Of a stretch of 39,400 bases of DNA, positions 8,880 through 17,147 are shown piece by piece. How positions within the stretch are numbered: position 1 is the stretch's first letter; every line of letters begins with the position of its first letter. Under the pieces are notes generated by a model that was not told where the DNA came from, ran no database searches, and saw only the letters and a program-made list of their open reading frames with translations. The translations under genes and the position numbers were made by a program. Where the stretch lies: assembly GCA_044451405.1 (NCBI GenBank), contig JBIOKB010000002.1, forward strand, positions 1 through 39,400, written 5' to 3'. Source of the DNA: Candidatus Babeliales bacterium. GTDB lineage: Bacteria > Babelota > Babeliae > Babelales > Vermiphilaceae.

Positions 8880-9704
8880 CTTCGGCGTTGTTGACGCCTC
8901 GTCATTCAAAATAGTTGGTAATGTTGTTAAAAATTTCTCCAACATAAACTCAACGTGTGAAATTGCCCGTTTTTTCCGTTTAACAACAATTTGCCGTAGA
9001 TTCGGTTGATCAGGAAACTTGCGTTGTGAAAAAAGCGGAAATCGTTTTTCTTTCAAATTGTTTACTACTTCTTGTGGATCAAGAATCTGAATAAAATCCC
9101 GTGTTGAATAGAGCGAATAGATTTTTTTAAAGACTGGATCTTTAATGAACGTCACCGTTTTTATTTGTACTGGACAGGCTAATAACACGAGCTCATCAAT
9201 AACAAAATCAGTATCAGTTATGTCTTTTACTTTGGCCAGATTTAAGGCAACGTTACCGCCATGGCTATGGGTGATGATGCGGATTTTTGGTACCGTCCAA
9301 TACTGATTTTTATAGCGAGCAATGAGCGCTTTTATTTCGTTATACAATATGCGGGCAGTGTCTTCCCGCTCTTGGTAACTTAATTTGCCACTCCACCCAA
9401 AGAGATAAAAATGTTCAGCAGGGAATCGTATGGGATCATGGGCGATTAAGACCTCAGCTATTTGGCGATGATGATGGCATGCACATAAGGTGCGAGCATG
9501 GTTAAGTCCAGGTTTGCAATCAAAGAATCGCTTGAATGTATCAAAGGGTATATTGCGTACGGTGCTTTTAGTTCCATGTACCCAGATGGTAATGGTAGGC
9601 GCTGGTTGTAGAAGATTGGTGGTCAGACCATAGGTAAACAGAAGGCCGCAAGATATGGCCCCTGCCAGGATAGCAGCATACAGATACGATATAAGACACT
9701 TCAT
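8850..9704 (-). CDS. Alpha/beta-hydrolase-fold protein with N-terminal membrane anchor/signal (paralogue of 9850-10719)
   Basis: ITIWVHGT, FYLFGWSG, ITHSHGGNVAL nucleophile elbow, LVLLACP, late SHVEF. Start set at ATG 9704 because the longer frame runs through a repeat element. Confidence 0.75.
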   Translation of the reverse strand: MKCLISYLYAAILAGAISCGLLFTYGLTTNLLQPAPTITIWVHGTKSTVRNIPFDTFKRFFDCKPGLNHARTLCACHHHRQIAEVLIAHDPIRFPAEHFYLFGWSGKLSYQEREDTARILYNEIKALIARYKNQYWTVPKIRIITHSHGGNVALNLAKVKDITDTDFVIDELVLLACPVQIKTVTFIKDPVFKKIYSLYSTRDFIQILDPQEVVNNLKEKRFPLFSQRKFPDQPNLRQIVVKRKKRAISHVEFMLEKFLTTLPTILNDEASTTPKPSEVLNILV

Positions 9705-9741
9705 AACACCCACATTTATTAAACTGTTACCGTCAGCCAGG

Positions 9742-9796
9742 CGTAGCTTGCCGAGATTGAAGGCCCGGATAAGCAAAACAGTGCGCTCAAGCGCAC
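9742..9796 (+). repeat. GTAG-type palindromic element core followed by a GTGCGC-N4-GCGCAC mini-hairpin
   Basis: CGTAGCTTGCCGAGATTGAAGGCCCGGATAAGC (9742-9774) is near-identical to 28708-28740 and to the reverse complement of 33954-33986; GTGCGC-TCAA-GCGCAC at 9781-9796. Confidence 0.9.
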
Positions 9797-9849
9797 CAGA
9801 CTGGTTTATATATTTTAAGGTACCAAATAGAGGGGTTTTGTAAACCAGT

Positions 9850-10719
9850 CTAATGGCTAGGGATAGTTATGGTTACTTCCTGAGCGGGGTGATTTTTATC
9901 TGCCATAATCTGTCGAAGCTGGTCCATAATGCCCGGAAGTTGGCGGATAAAGCTTAAGAGCAAAAATTCGATATGAAAGAGTTCAATATGCTCATGGGTA
10001 ATGTTGGCTTGTAGGAGTTTGGTGTTATGGGTAGTGAAGTGGCGTTCAGAAAACAAATTACGCAGCTCAATGGATTCGAGTGCTTTTTTAAATTCCTCAA
10101 AGGAATTGGCTTGTACCATGGTGGTTAATGTTTGTTTGATGTGTGACCAGCCTTGCGGGTCACCAATTTGTAATATATCCCAGTGAGAATGGAGTGAATA
10201 CACGGAGGTAAAAAGAGGATCGTTGATATAGTGTGCTGTTTCTTCCTGTACCGGAATGGCCAGCAGTATGAGTTCATGGATGATAAAATCATGGGTGCCG
10301 TTGGTATATTCTTGATGTGCGCGCGCAAGATTCAAGGCAACGTTGCCGCCGTGGCTATGAGTAATAATGCGAATAATAGGTGATTGGCCATGCTTTTTTG
10401 TATATGCAGCACTTAATTTTTGTATCTCTTGATACAGTAGATGTGCTGATCGTAATCGTTCATTGGAATCTAATGTCCCTGGCCATCCATAGATATAAAA
10501 CGTATCAAAAGGAAACAGAGTAGGTTGTTGTGTGCTTAATGTGCGTGCAAACTGATAATGTTGATACTTTGGCTCTAACTCAGCAGCTTTGGTAAGTCCC
10601 GGTTTGCAGTAGAAGAAGTTGTGCACAGATTCGATGGTGATGCCACTAAAAATTGACGGTATTAAATGTTCAGGGAGCGTTCCGTGTATCCAGATGGTAA
10701 TGGGAGGTAAGTTGGCCAT
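9850..10719 (-). CDS. Alpha/beta-hydrolase-fold protein (tandem paralogue)
   Basis: ITIWIHGT, FFYCKPGL, FYIYGWPG, ITHSHGGNVALNLA, LILLAIP, DILQIGDPQ, FHIEF. Confidence 0.8.
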   Translation of the reverse strand: MANLPPITIWIHGTLPEHLIPSIFSGITIESVHNFFYCKPGLTKAAELEPKYQHYQFARTLSTQQPTLFPFDTFYIYGWPGTLDSNERLRSAHLLYQEIQKLSAAYTKKHGQSPIIRIITHSHGGNVALNLARAHQEYTNGTHDFIIHELILLAIPVQEETAHYINDPLFTSVYSLHSHWDILQIGDPQGWSHIKQTLTTMVQANSFEEFKKALESIELRNLFSERHFTTHNTKLLQANITHEHIELFHIEFLLLSFIRQLPGIMDQLRQIMADKNHPAQEVTITIPSH

Positions 10720-10783
10720 AATGGGAATTTATGAAAATTTTTAAAATATGGTTAATGATAACTTACGTATATCATCTTTTTTA

Positions 10784-12652
10784 TTAAACAAGCAATTTTT
10801 CTTGTATCTCTTCCCATTCAGTCATAGCACTTGCCAAATCTTTCCTTAATTTAACAAGGTTAGCTTGCGCTTTAGTAAACTCCTCAGTTCCATACACAAG
10901 ATCAGCAAATTTCATTTCAACTTGCTTAATCCATTCTTCAAGCTTTTCTATTTTGCGCTCAAGTGCTTGGCTTTTTTTGCGAAGCTCAAAGGTACTAAGA
11001 CCAGTAGGTGAAGCTTCTGCTTTAGGGGCGCTCTGTTCTTTTTGCGTTGTTTTACCGGAAGCTACCATGTTTTTTTGGTAATGGTACGAATCATAGTTGC
11101 CCACATATTTTGATGCGCCATGGGGAGTAAGTTCTAAAATATGGGTGGCAAGGTCGTTAATAAAATCCCTATCATGAGATACAAATATGATAGTACCGGT
11201 GTAATTTTGCAGGGCTTTAAGCAAAATCTCTTTTGATTGGATATCAAGATGGTTTGTTGGTTCATCAAGCAGTAATACGTTGGCATCTTGTAGGAGTATA
11301 GTTGTCATACCCACTCTATTTTTTTCTCCACCGCTTAATATCTTAACCTTCTTGTTAACATCATCATTACTAAAAAGAAATGAACCAAGCATAGTACGTA
11401 TTGCTTGTTCAGTTTTTTTAGGGCATTGCTCTTTAATGTTTTCAAGAATAGTTTTTTCTCCATCTAAAATAGCACTTTGATCTTGTGCAAATATGGCGTG
11501 ATGTACGTTATGCCCCCAAAGCATGCTCCCTGTTTGTAGCGGTAAGTTGCCGGTAACGATGTTAAATAACGTGGTTTTACCGCCACCATTTGGTGCTATA
11601 ACTGCTATTTTTTCTCCACGATTGATTTCAAAAGAAACATGTTCAAATATCTTTTTTGCCCCAAATGATTGGCCTACATCATGAACCGTAAGCACGACTT
11701 TACCCGGTTGTTGGATGTTAGAAAAAATAAAGGATACGTTTTTGGGTCCTGGTGGTATGGTAATGCGTTCAATTTTATCAAGAGATTTTATCATGCTTTG
11801 CGCCATTTTTGCTTTTGATGCTTTGGCACGGAATCGTTCTATAGTAGCTGTTTTTTGTGCTATTTCTTTTTGTTGCTGTTCATAGGCAGCAATAAGGAGC
11901 TCTTGCGCGTGTTCTTTTTGTACCACATAGCTACTGTAGTTACCGGTGTACATGGTTCCTTTGCCATATTCAAGCTCAAGAATATGTGAACATAGTTCAT
12001 CTAAAAAATAACGTTCGTGACATACGAGCATAAAACCAAAAGGAGCCGTTTTTAAGAACTGTAAAAACCATTCTTTGGTCATTAAATCTAAATGGTTGGT
12101 AGGTTCATCAAACAGATAAAAATCAGCATCCTGTAACAGCAATTTTGCAAGGACTACGCGCATTTTCCACCCAACACTTAGGGTGCTTACGGGCACATCA
12201 AATTGTTGCTCGGCAAAACCAAGACCCATAAGCATTTTTTTAGCGCGAGCACGTATACGCTCTTCGTCATGCTGCATGAGTTGTTCTTGTAAATCTGCAT
12301 ACTGGTGTACCGTAGCGGTATCAGGGTTATGTTCAAGTAATGGTTCAAGTTCGCTCAATAACTTTTTTATATGTTCAAGATCGCCAAAAGTAGTGCAGGT
12401 TTCTTCAAGGATTGATTTGTCGGATTGGAGCACCACTTCTTGTGGCATGTAGGCCAGCTTTTTGCCTTTTATAACAGCAACAGAGCCACTATCGAGTATT
12501 TCAGGGTGTTGTAACGCTTTCAATAGGGTAGATTTTCCTGATCCATTTCTTCCTACAAGGCCAATGCGTTGTGATTGGGAGATGGTAAAGGAAATATGAT
12601 CAAAAATTTTTTGTTTGCCAAAAGAAAGGCACAGATTATGTGCTTGTATCAT
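10784..12652 (-). CDS. ABC-F family ATP-binding protein (Uup/YheS-like)
   Basis: Two nucleotide-binding domains (GRNGSGKST, LSVGW, DEPTNHLD; APNGGGKTT, LSGGE, LLLDEPTNHLD), helical linker, no TM segments, C-terminal coiled coil. Confidence 0.92.
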   Translation of the reverse strand: MIQAHNLCLSFGKQKIFDHISFTISQSQRIGLVGRNGSGKSTLLKALQHPEILDSGSVAVIKGKKLAYMPQEVVLQSDKSILEETCTTFGDLEHIKKLLSELEPLLEHNPDTATVHQYADLQEQLMQHDEERIRARAKKMLMGLGFAEQQFDVPVSTLSVGWKMRVVLAKLLLQDADFYLFDEPTNHLDLMTKEWFLQFLKTAPFGFMLVCHERYFLDELCSHILELEYGKGTMYTGNYSSYVVQKEHAQELLIAAYEQQQKEIAQKTATIERFRAKASKAKMAQSMIKSLDKIERITIPPGPKNVSFIFSNIQQPGKVVLTVHDVGQSFGAKKIFEHVSFEINRGEKIAVIAPNGGGKTTLFNIVTGNLPLQTGSMLWGHNVHHAIFAQDQSAILDGEKTILENIKEQCPKKTEQAIRTMLGSFLFSNDDVNKKVKILSGGEKNRVGMTTILLQDANVLLLDEPTNHLDIQSKEILLKALQNYTGTIIFVSHDRDFINDLATHILELTPHGASKYVGNYDSYHYQKNMVASGKTTQKEQSAPKAEASPTGLSTFELRKKSQALERKIEKLEEWIKQVEMKFADLVYGTEEFTKAQANLVKLRKDLASAMTEWEEIQEKLLV

Positions 12653-12808
12653 ATGAATTACGCATAAAGTATAACGGTTTTAAGATAAAAACTAGTGTAG
12701 CACGGATTTATGACAGAGAGAATTGTTAGTTAATTGTATTTACAATATGTCATTTGATACGCTGCTATCATATGACCGGCAGCTCTGTTGAGATTGAAGG
12801 AGGTATCC

Positions 12809-13321
12809 ATGTGGAAAAAAATAACTATCTATTGTGTAATCGTGCTGGGATTTATTCGTCTTGGCCTATCGCTTTATTCTATGATGTCTCCTGTGCATCA
12901 CCATGTGCCGTTTTCTAAAGGCATTTCTCTTATTACTCAGCCACGGGAATACTTTGTTTCTCCTGCCCATTATGAGCAAACATTCAAAAAGATGCTTGAA
13001 AATGACATTGATAGCATCATGGATGATTGCGGCTCGAGTTCTATAAGTGAGCTTGATGTGTATATAGGGCTCTTATTAGCCGAAAAAGAAAAGAAGCATC
13101 CTGGATTTGCGCAGCGTAATAAACAAGCAATTGAACAATTACGTAAGGCGGTCATAGATTATGTGCATGTATATAGCACATTCTGGAATCAAAAAATGTC
13201 TGATGTAAAGCCACAAGCAGGCAAGCGAGAAATACAAAGCTGTATTAGAACCTGTGGCAATAAGAATGTAAAACCATTGCTTGATCAGCTTATGTACACA
13301 CAAGAAGTGGAGAAACCATGA
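12809..13321 (+). CDS. Hypothetical protein with N-terminal TM helix
   Basis: AAGGAGG RBS at 12797-12803 before ATG 12809; hydrophobic N-terminus. Confidence 0.75.
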   Translation: MWKKITIYCVIVLGFIRLGLSLYSMMSPVHHHVPFSKGISLITQPREYFVSPAHYEQTFKKMLENDIDSIMDDCGSSSISELDVYIGLLLAEKEKKHPGFAQRNKQAIEQLRKAVIDYVHVYSTFWNQKMSDVKPQAGKREIQSCIRTCGNKNVKPLLDQLMYTQEVEKP

Positions 13322-13737
13322 ATAGAAGATATATATATGTGCTTATGCTGACGATAGTTTTTGTAGCTTGTGCAGATGATGTGGTTTCTGCCATCACATT
13401 GTTGGTAGAAGAAGACATTATCGCTATTAAAGGGCATTGTGGTTCTATGCGGGATAGTAAAGTATTTACCTATGTCATGCGTGAAATTAATAAAAAGATA
13501 GCCGCTATTCCTGGGTTTGCTGATAGGCATGATTTTGAATTGCAGCAGCTGATAACTGATACTACCAACTATAATGAAACGTATAAGACGTTATGTGATA
13601 ATGGTGGCATACAATCCGATATTTTTAATTCATTAATTACTGATGGCGTGGTTATATCGCCATATCCTACATTGCGGGAACAAGCGCTTAATGCCATTGT
13701 ATACCAACTACAAACGCTTCTTGAGTATCAACAGTAA
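13318..13737 (+). CDS. Hypothetical exported protein
   Basis: ATGA overlap with the upstream gene, GGAG RBS, signal-like MNRRYIYVLMLTIVFVACA. Confidence 0.7.
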   Translation: MNRRYIYVLMLTIVFVACADDVVSAITLLVEEDIIAIKGHCGSMRDSKVFTYVMREINKKIAAIPGFADRHDFELQQLITDTTNYNETYKTLCDNGGIQSDIFNSLITDGVVISPYPTLREQALNAIVYQLQTLLEYQQ

Positions 13738-13747
13738 ATAATAAAGA

Positions 13748-13771
13748 AGCCAACTGGTAATCCAGTTGGCT
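13748..13771. terminator. Intrinsic terminator hairpin between convergent units
   Basis: AGCCAACTGG-TAAT-CCAGTTGGCT 10-bp stem; U-rich tail on the minus strand (TCTTTATT). Confidence 0.8.
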
Positions 13772-13797
13772 GTGTTAGTTACTAAGAGGAAGTTGTT

Positions 13798-13836
13798 TTA
13801 CCTGTGCATCGGTAGAGGCCGAGCACACTGTTTCAT
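13798..13836 (-). CDS. Putative 12-aa small ORF MKQCARPLPMHR
   Basis: AGGAG overlapping the stop of the upstream small ORF, about 10 nt before ATG. Confidence 0.25.
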   Translation of the reverse strand: MKQCARPLPMHR

Positions 13837-13848
13837 AGAGGTACTCTC

Positions 13849-14028
13849 CTATCTATAGGTTAGCGGAACATACGACGGATTTTGCAAAAATGTGTGGATA
13901 TTGTGCTGTCTGTGTAATGGCTTTTTGCCAGCATACAACATGCAAAACACCAACAAAGAACTCATTTTAAGCGCGACAGTAACCGAGATTACTGCGTAGG
14001 TTATGAGCGCATCTTTTTTTATATGCAT
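13849..14028 (-). CDS. Small hydrophobic protein, 59 aa (MHIKKDALITYAVISVTVALKMSSLLVFCMLYAG...)
   Basis: AAGGAG 6 nt before ATG 14028; one hydrophobic segment. Confidence 0.55.
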   Translation of the reverse strand: MHIKKDALITYAVISVTVALKMSSLLVFCMLYAGKKPLHRQHNIHTFLQNPSYVPLTYR

Positions 14029-14146
14029 GGCTATCTCCTTCCGTATAGGTATGTACGTATTACTACACATACGTTGAGGTGTGCATGTGCGTAATGCAAT
14101 ACATAACAAGGCTTGGATGATAATAACGATTTAATATCGTTACATA

Positions 14147-14227
14147 CTATGTAGATACGGAGATTTCTTTCGAATGAAGGGGTTTGTATTTAGTTGATGA
14201 TGCCGTGGTGATGAATATGGTGTTCAT
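14147..14227 (-). CDS. Putative 26-aa small ORF MNTIFITTASSTKYKPLHSKEISVST
   Basis: AAGGAG 8 nt before ATG 14227; followed by a 7-bp hairpin at 14124-14142. Confidence 0.4.
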   Translation of the reverse strand: MNTIFITTASSTKYKPLHSKEISVST

Positions 14228-14416
14228 CGGTGTGGCTCCTTGAGGCTTGAGTTAGATTAAACTGCTTAGCTATATAAATACCACAAAAAAAATTGTCATG
14301 CAAACTTTTTTATAATTTGCTTTTAATTTCATATCGAATAAATTATGTGGTGATAGCTATTTCAATAGATGCTTCTAGACAATGGTTTGGAGAATAGATA
14401 ATAAATTGGGGCAGAA

Positions 14417-14974
14417 TTATATTTTTAACATCATGTCTACTTCTGCCGGATATCTTGTAACAACGGTACCACCACGTTTCTCATACCAAGCAACGAGTAT
14501 ATTGAGTTCTTTTTGACATTGTGGTGTATACACTAAAGAAGGTGGAAGATCGATGGGTACTGCTCGCCATGTGACGGTGTGTACAGCGTGTTTTTTTAGT
14601 TCATGAATCATGGTGTTCCACAATTGTTCACCGTATCCCTGTTTTTGATACTGTTTTGATATTCTAAGAGTTTCAATGTGGGCTTTTTGAGTGGATATAC
14701 AATAACTAGCATATATTGAACCAATAAGCATTTTATCTGCTGTTTTATATAAGGCGAATTTCAAAAACGGACACATGGTGTCTGTGCCAGATGTGTGTTC
14801 GGGCACTATTTTTATAGCCGGTTCTGCTCGTGTTGCAAACACATAGGCAAGCGCTAAGGATGCTGCTGCTCCCAGGCCAAGGGCTATGGGCTTGATGTGC
14901 TCCATTGCATGTTGCTGGGTTGATGACAACAGTAAGCTTGCAAGGGTGATTTTTATGATTAAAGGGCGATACAT
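14417..14974 (-). CDS. GNAT-family N-acetyltransferase with signal-like N-terminus
   Basis: IETLRISKQYQKQGYGEQL (acetyl-CoA motif A), LVAWYEKRG (motif B); GGAGG RBS. Confidence 0.85.
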   Translation of the reverse strand: MYRPLIIKITLASLLLSSTQQHAMEHIKPIALGLGAAASLALAYVFATRAEPAIKIVPEHTSGTDTMCPFLKFALYKTADKMLIGSIYASYCISTQKAHIETLRISKQYQKQGYGEQLWNTMIHELKKHAVHTVTWRAVPIDLPPSLVYTPQCQKELNILVAWYEKRGGTVVTRYPAEVDMMLKI

Positions 14975-15007
14975 ATAACCTCCATTATTCTTTGATTAAT
15001 TACAATC

Positions 15008-15036
15008 AGTATAAGTAATAAAGAGGGGGATGTAAA
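15008..15036 (-). promoter_or_regulatory. Sigma70-type promoter for the GNAT gene
   Basis: TTTACA-17 nt-TATACT on the minus strand. Confidence 0.6.
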
Positions 15037-15048
15037 AAGGTCTAGGAT

Positions 15049-15073
15049 AGATACGTGTCAATGCGGTTATGCC
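15049..15073. repeat. 25-bp direct repeat, copy downstream of the toxin gene
   Basis: AGATACGTGTCAATGCGGTTATGCC versus AGATATGTGTCAATGCGGTTATGCC at 15685-15709 (1 mismatch). Confidence 0.95.
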
Positions 15074-15074
15074 G

Positions 15075-15386
15075 TTAACTGAGCCCCGTTAAGTTCTTAA
15101 TCAGGCTGTAGATCTCTTTTCTATGGGCTACAAGGGCAACGATAATAAGTTGTTGGTTTTTTGAGACCTGAAAGACGATCCTATAATCTCCTGCTCGTAT
15201 TCTATATAAATCTTTATGTCCCTGTAGTTTTTTAATATCGAGGTTTGTGAGATCGGAGGTAAGCGCTTCTATTTTAGAGATAATTATAGTACGGGCTTCT
15301 TTGGGGAGATTATCAATTGATTTGCGGGCTCTAGTGGAAATAAGAATTTTGTGTGATTTATAATGGCTGGTAGATATTTTACTCAT
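15075..15386 (-). CDS. relE: RelE/ParE superfamily toxin
   Basis: A.KSIDNLP...I..KIEAL...DIKKLQG..DLYRIRAGDYRIVF...VAHRKEIY. Confidence 0.9.
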   Translation of the reverse strand: MSKISTSHYKSHKILISTRARKSIDNLPKEARTIIISKIEALTSDLTNLDIKKLQGHKDLYRIRAGDYRIVFQVSKNQQLIIVALVAHRKEIYSLIKNLTGLS

Positions 15387-15387
15387 A

Positions 15388-15600
15388 CTACTTGAGCCAT
15401 GCTTTTTTTAGAGTTTCAAAATTCTGGAACTCTTTTTTATCGTCTTTTAAAGCATCTTTAGCAAGTGTACCTAAGTAAAGATCTTCTAGTTTTTCCATGA
15501 GTTGTTCAAAAGTCGCTATATCAAGAATAACACCCGTTTTTTTACCTGCTTTATCAACAATAAATTGGGGGGTTATTTCTGCGGAACTTTGTTTTTTCAT
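15388..15600 (-). CDS. Cognate antitoxin
   Basis: 70 aa, PQFIVDKAGKKTGVILDIATFEQLMEKLEDL pattern, directly upstream of the toxin with a 1-nt gap, AGGAG RBS. Confidence 0.8.
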   Translation of the reverse strand: MKKQSSAEITPQFIVDKAGKKTGVILDIATFEQLMEKLEDLYLGTLAKDALKDDKKEFQNFETLKKAWLK

Positions 15601-15633
15601 CTGAACTCCTATTTATTTAATGTGTTCAATTTA

Positions 15634-15642
15634 ATTATACCA
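15634..15642 (-). promoter_or_regulatory. Extended -10 promoter of the TA operon
   Basis: TGGTATAAT (TGn + consensus -10) about 35 nt upstream of the antitoxin ATG; TTGTAC further upstream. Confidence 0.65.
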
Positions 15643-15674
15643 TGAGTGGGGAACGTACAATATAGTTATATATT

Positions 15675-16505
15675 TTACGCTGCCAGATATGTGTCAATGC
15701 GGTTATGCCACCCTTTAAGCCATTGCCCTTCATTGCGGCCAGGAGGAGCATTGTTGACCCGTTCAGTAAGAACTGTTTTGGCACAGGTTACAAACTCTTG
15801 TATCGCCGCCTTTCCGCTATTGGTTCCCTGCATGCGATTGAGTACCTGCAACAATCCCCACCCTTGATTGTCATACCGTTCAGCGGGATTGGTTCCTTCA
15901 CCTTTTACATTCACATAATCAATGAGTGCATAAAGGCCCATAGGGCTGTTGGCGACGCGGTAAAACTGTTTTTGTATATGAGCACACTCTAAAGAATTGC
16001 ATGTGGCGAGCATGGTGGGTAATGTGCGCTCAAGGCGATTGGCAATAAACTGTGCTTGCAGTTCGATGGTAGATGATAATAATGCCCGTAACTCTTTCAT
16101 ACGCGGTGATTGTGTATCGTTAAAGAAGCTTTCGCGTGTTTGCCATGGACACGGAGGATACTTCTTCAACCATGCAGGCAGCTGTATTTTATGCTGCGCT
16201 AAAAACCTAAGCAACTCAGGAAATGTTTGCGTAAAAGGCCCCTGCTTGTGTGCGGGGTACCAAATAAAGTGTCCAATGCCAAGCGAAGCCCACTCCTCGC
16301 CTTTTTTCCACCAGGTTAGCTGTTCAGTTGAACAGCGACATTCATTACGCCAGATTTTCTGGCCAATGATTTGGGCTTCGCTTGACGATAATTGAAGAAT
16401 CTGTTTCCCCTCTATCTCTGCACAGGATATAGCGTTACCTACTAAGAGTGCGAGTAACAGATGACGTAAGTTGTTGTATACCATATTCATAATCTTCATG
16501 TGCAA
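15675..16505 (-). CDS. Exported hypothetical protein, possibly lysozyme-like fold; true start may be a few codons downstream
   Basis: Signal-like LLLALLVGNAISCA; WRNE...ASLGIGHFIWY; C-terminal WLKGWHNRI. Confidence 0.75.
   Translation of the reverse strand: MHMKIMNMVYNNLRHLLLALLVGNAISCAEIEGKQILQLSSSEAQIIGQKIWRNECRCSTEQLTWWKKGEEWASLGIGHFIWYPAHKQGPFTQTFPELLRFLAQHKIQLPAWLKKYPPCPWQTRESFFNDTQSPRMKELRALLSSTIELQAQFIANRLERTLPTMLATCNSLECAHIQKQFYRVANSPMGLYALIDYVNVKGEGTNPAERYDNQGWGLLQVLNRMQGTNSGKAAIQEFVTCAKTVLTERVNNAPPGRNEGQWLKGWHNRIDTYLAA
15685..15709. repeat. 25-bp direct repeat, copy inside the 3' end of the 15675-16505 CDS
   Basis: Encodes (W)HNRIDTYL; matches 15049-15073. Confidence 0.95.
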
Positions 16506-17076
16506 GAGGTGAACGTACTGTTTCTTTTACGGCATTAAGAATGTTGGCAGCCATGAGTGTTGCTTGTGATGCTACAAGTTTATGATCGTGAGGATGGGCA
16601 GTAATGACCGCAACATTGCTGAGGATATTAACAAATGTGGCAAGGAGTACATCCCGTATGCGCTCTCTATCTTTTGCATCGTGAGTGTTTGGTCGGGGCC
16701 GTTTAGTATCTGCAAGTAAGTAGGGATATAGCTGAGCAAGCGAATCGGTTCCAATAAGGTGATGGCGCACAGCAGTTTTTGTTGTTTTTGCCATCAGCGA
16801 TGTAATAACAGCAGCAACCTGTGCTCCAACGCGTGCAGCGTTGTGCGGTTGTGTTGATAAGATGGTAACACCTTCTACAATACGGGCAAGGGCGACAAGT
16901 GCATCGTTAATAGTAATTGTTGCTAATACGTCGGGTAGATCTGCAGGCATATACAGAGCATTGCTATCGTTTGTTGTATCAAGCAAGAGGATAGGGCAGA
17001 GCGGTATGCATTTGTCTTGAGAATATACGAGAGTGCTTATGCTGATGCTACAGAGAATTAAAAACAGCTTTTTCAT
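16435..17076 (-). CDS. Hypothetical exported protein
   Basis: AGGAG RBS, MKKLFLILCSISISTLVYS signal; candidate promoter TTGCAT-18-TATAGT at 17136-17107. Confidence 0.75.
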   Translation of the reverse strand: MKKLFLILCSISISTLVYSQDKCIPLCPILLLDTTNDSNALYMPADLPDVLATITINDALVALARIVEGVTILSTQPHNAARVGAQVAAVITSLMAKTTKTAVRHHLIGTDSLAQLYPYLLADTKRPRPNTHDAKDRERIRDVLLATFVNILSNVAVITAHPHDHKLVASQATLMAANILNAVKETVRSPLAHEDYEYGIQQLTSSVTRTLSR

Positions 17077-17147
17077 ACGTCAATCTCCTACTAAAGTACT
17101 TGAAATACTATACAAAGAGATTGAGATGAGATGCAATGGTTACTGAG

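Noticed and set aside
9705-9776. N-terminal extension of the 8850 hydrolase given in the ORF track
   Set aside because: It runs through the palindromic repeat; ATG 9704 followed by a hydrophobic leader is the more plausible start
14190-14225. His-rich frame (EHHIHHHG) as a histidine attenuator leader
   Set aside because: No nearby start codon or RBS in that frame and no his genes downstream; the RBS-ATG is in another frame
15066-15708. Integron cassette (GTTATGC in both direct repeats)
   Set aside because: No matching inverse core site or attC hairpin before the second repeat and no integron integrase; the repeat is explained by the host gene's coding sequence
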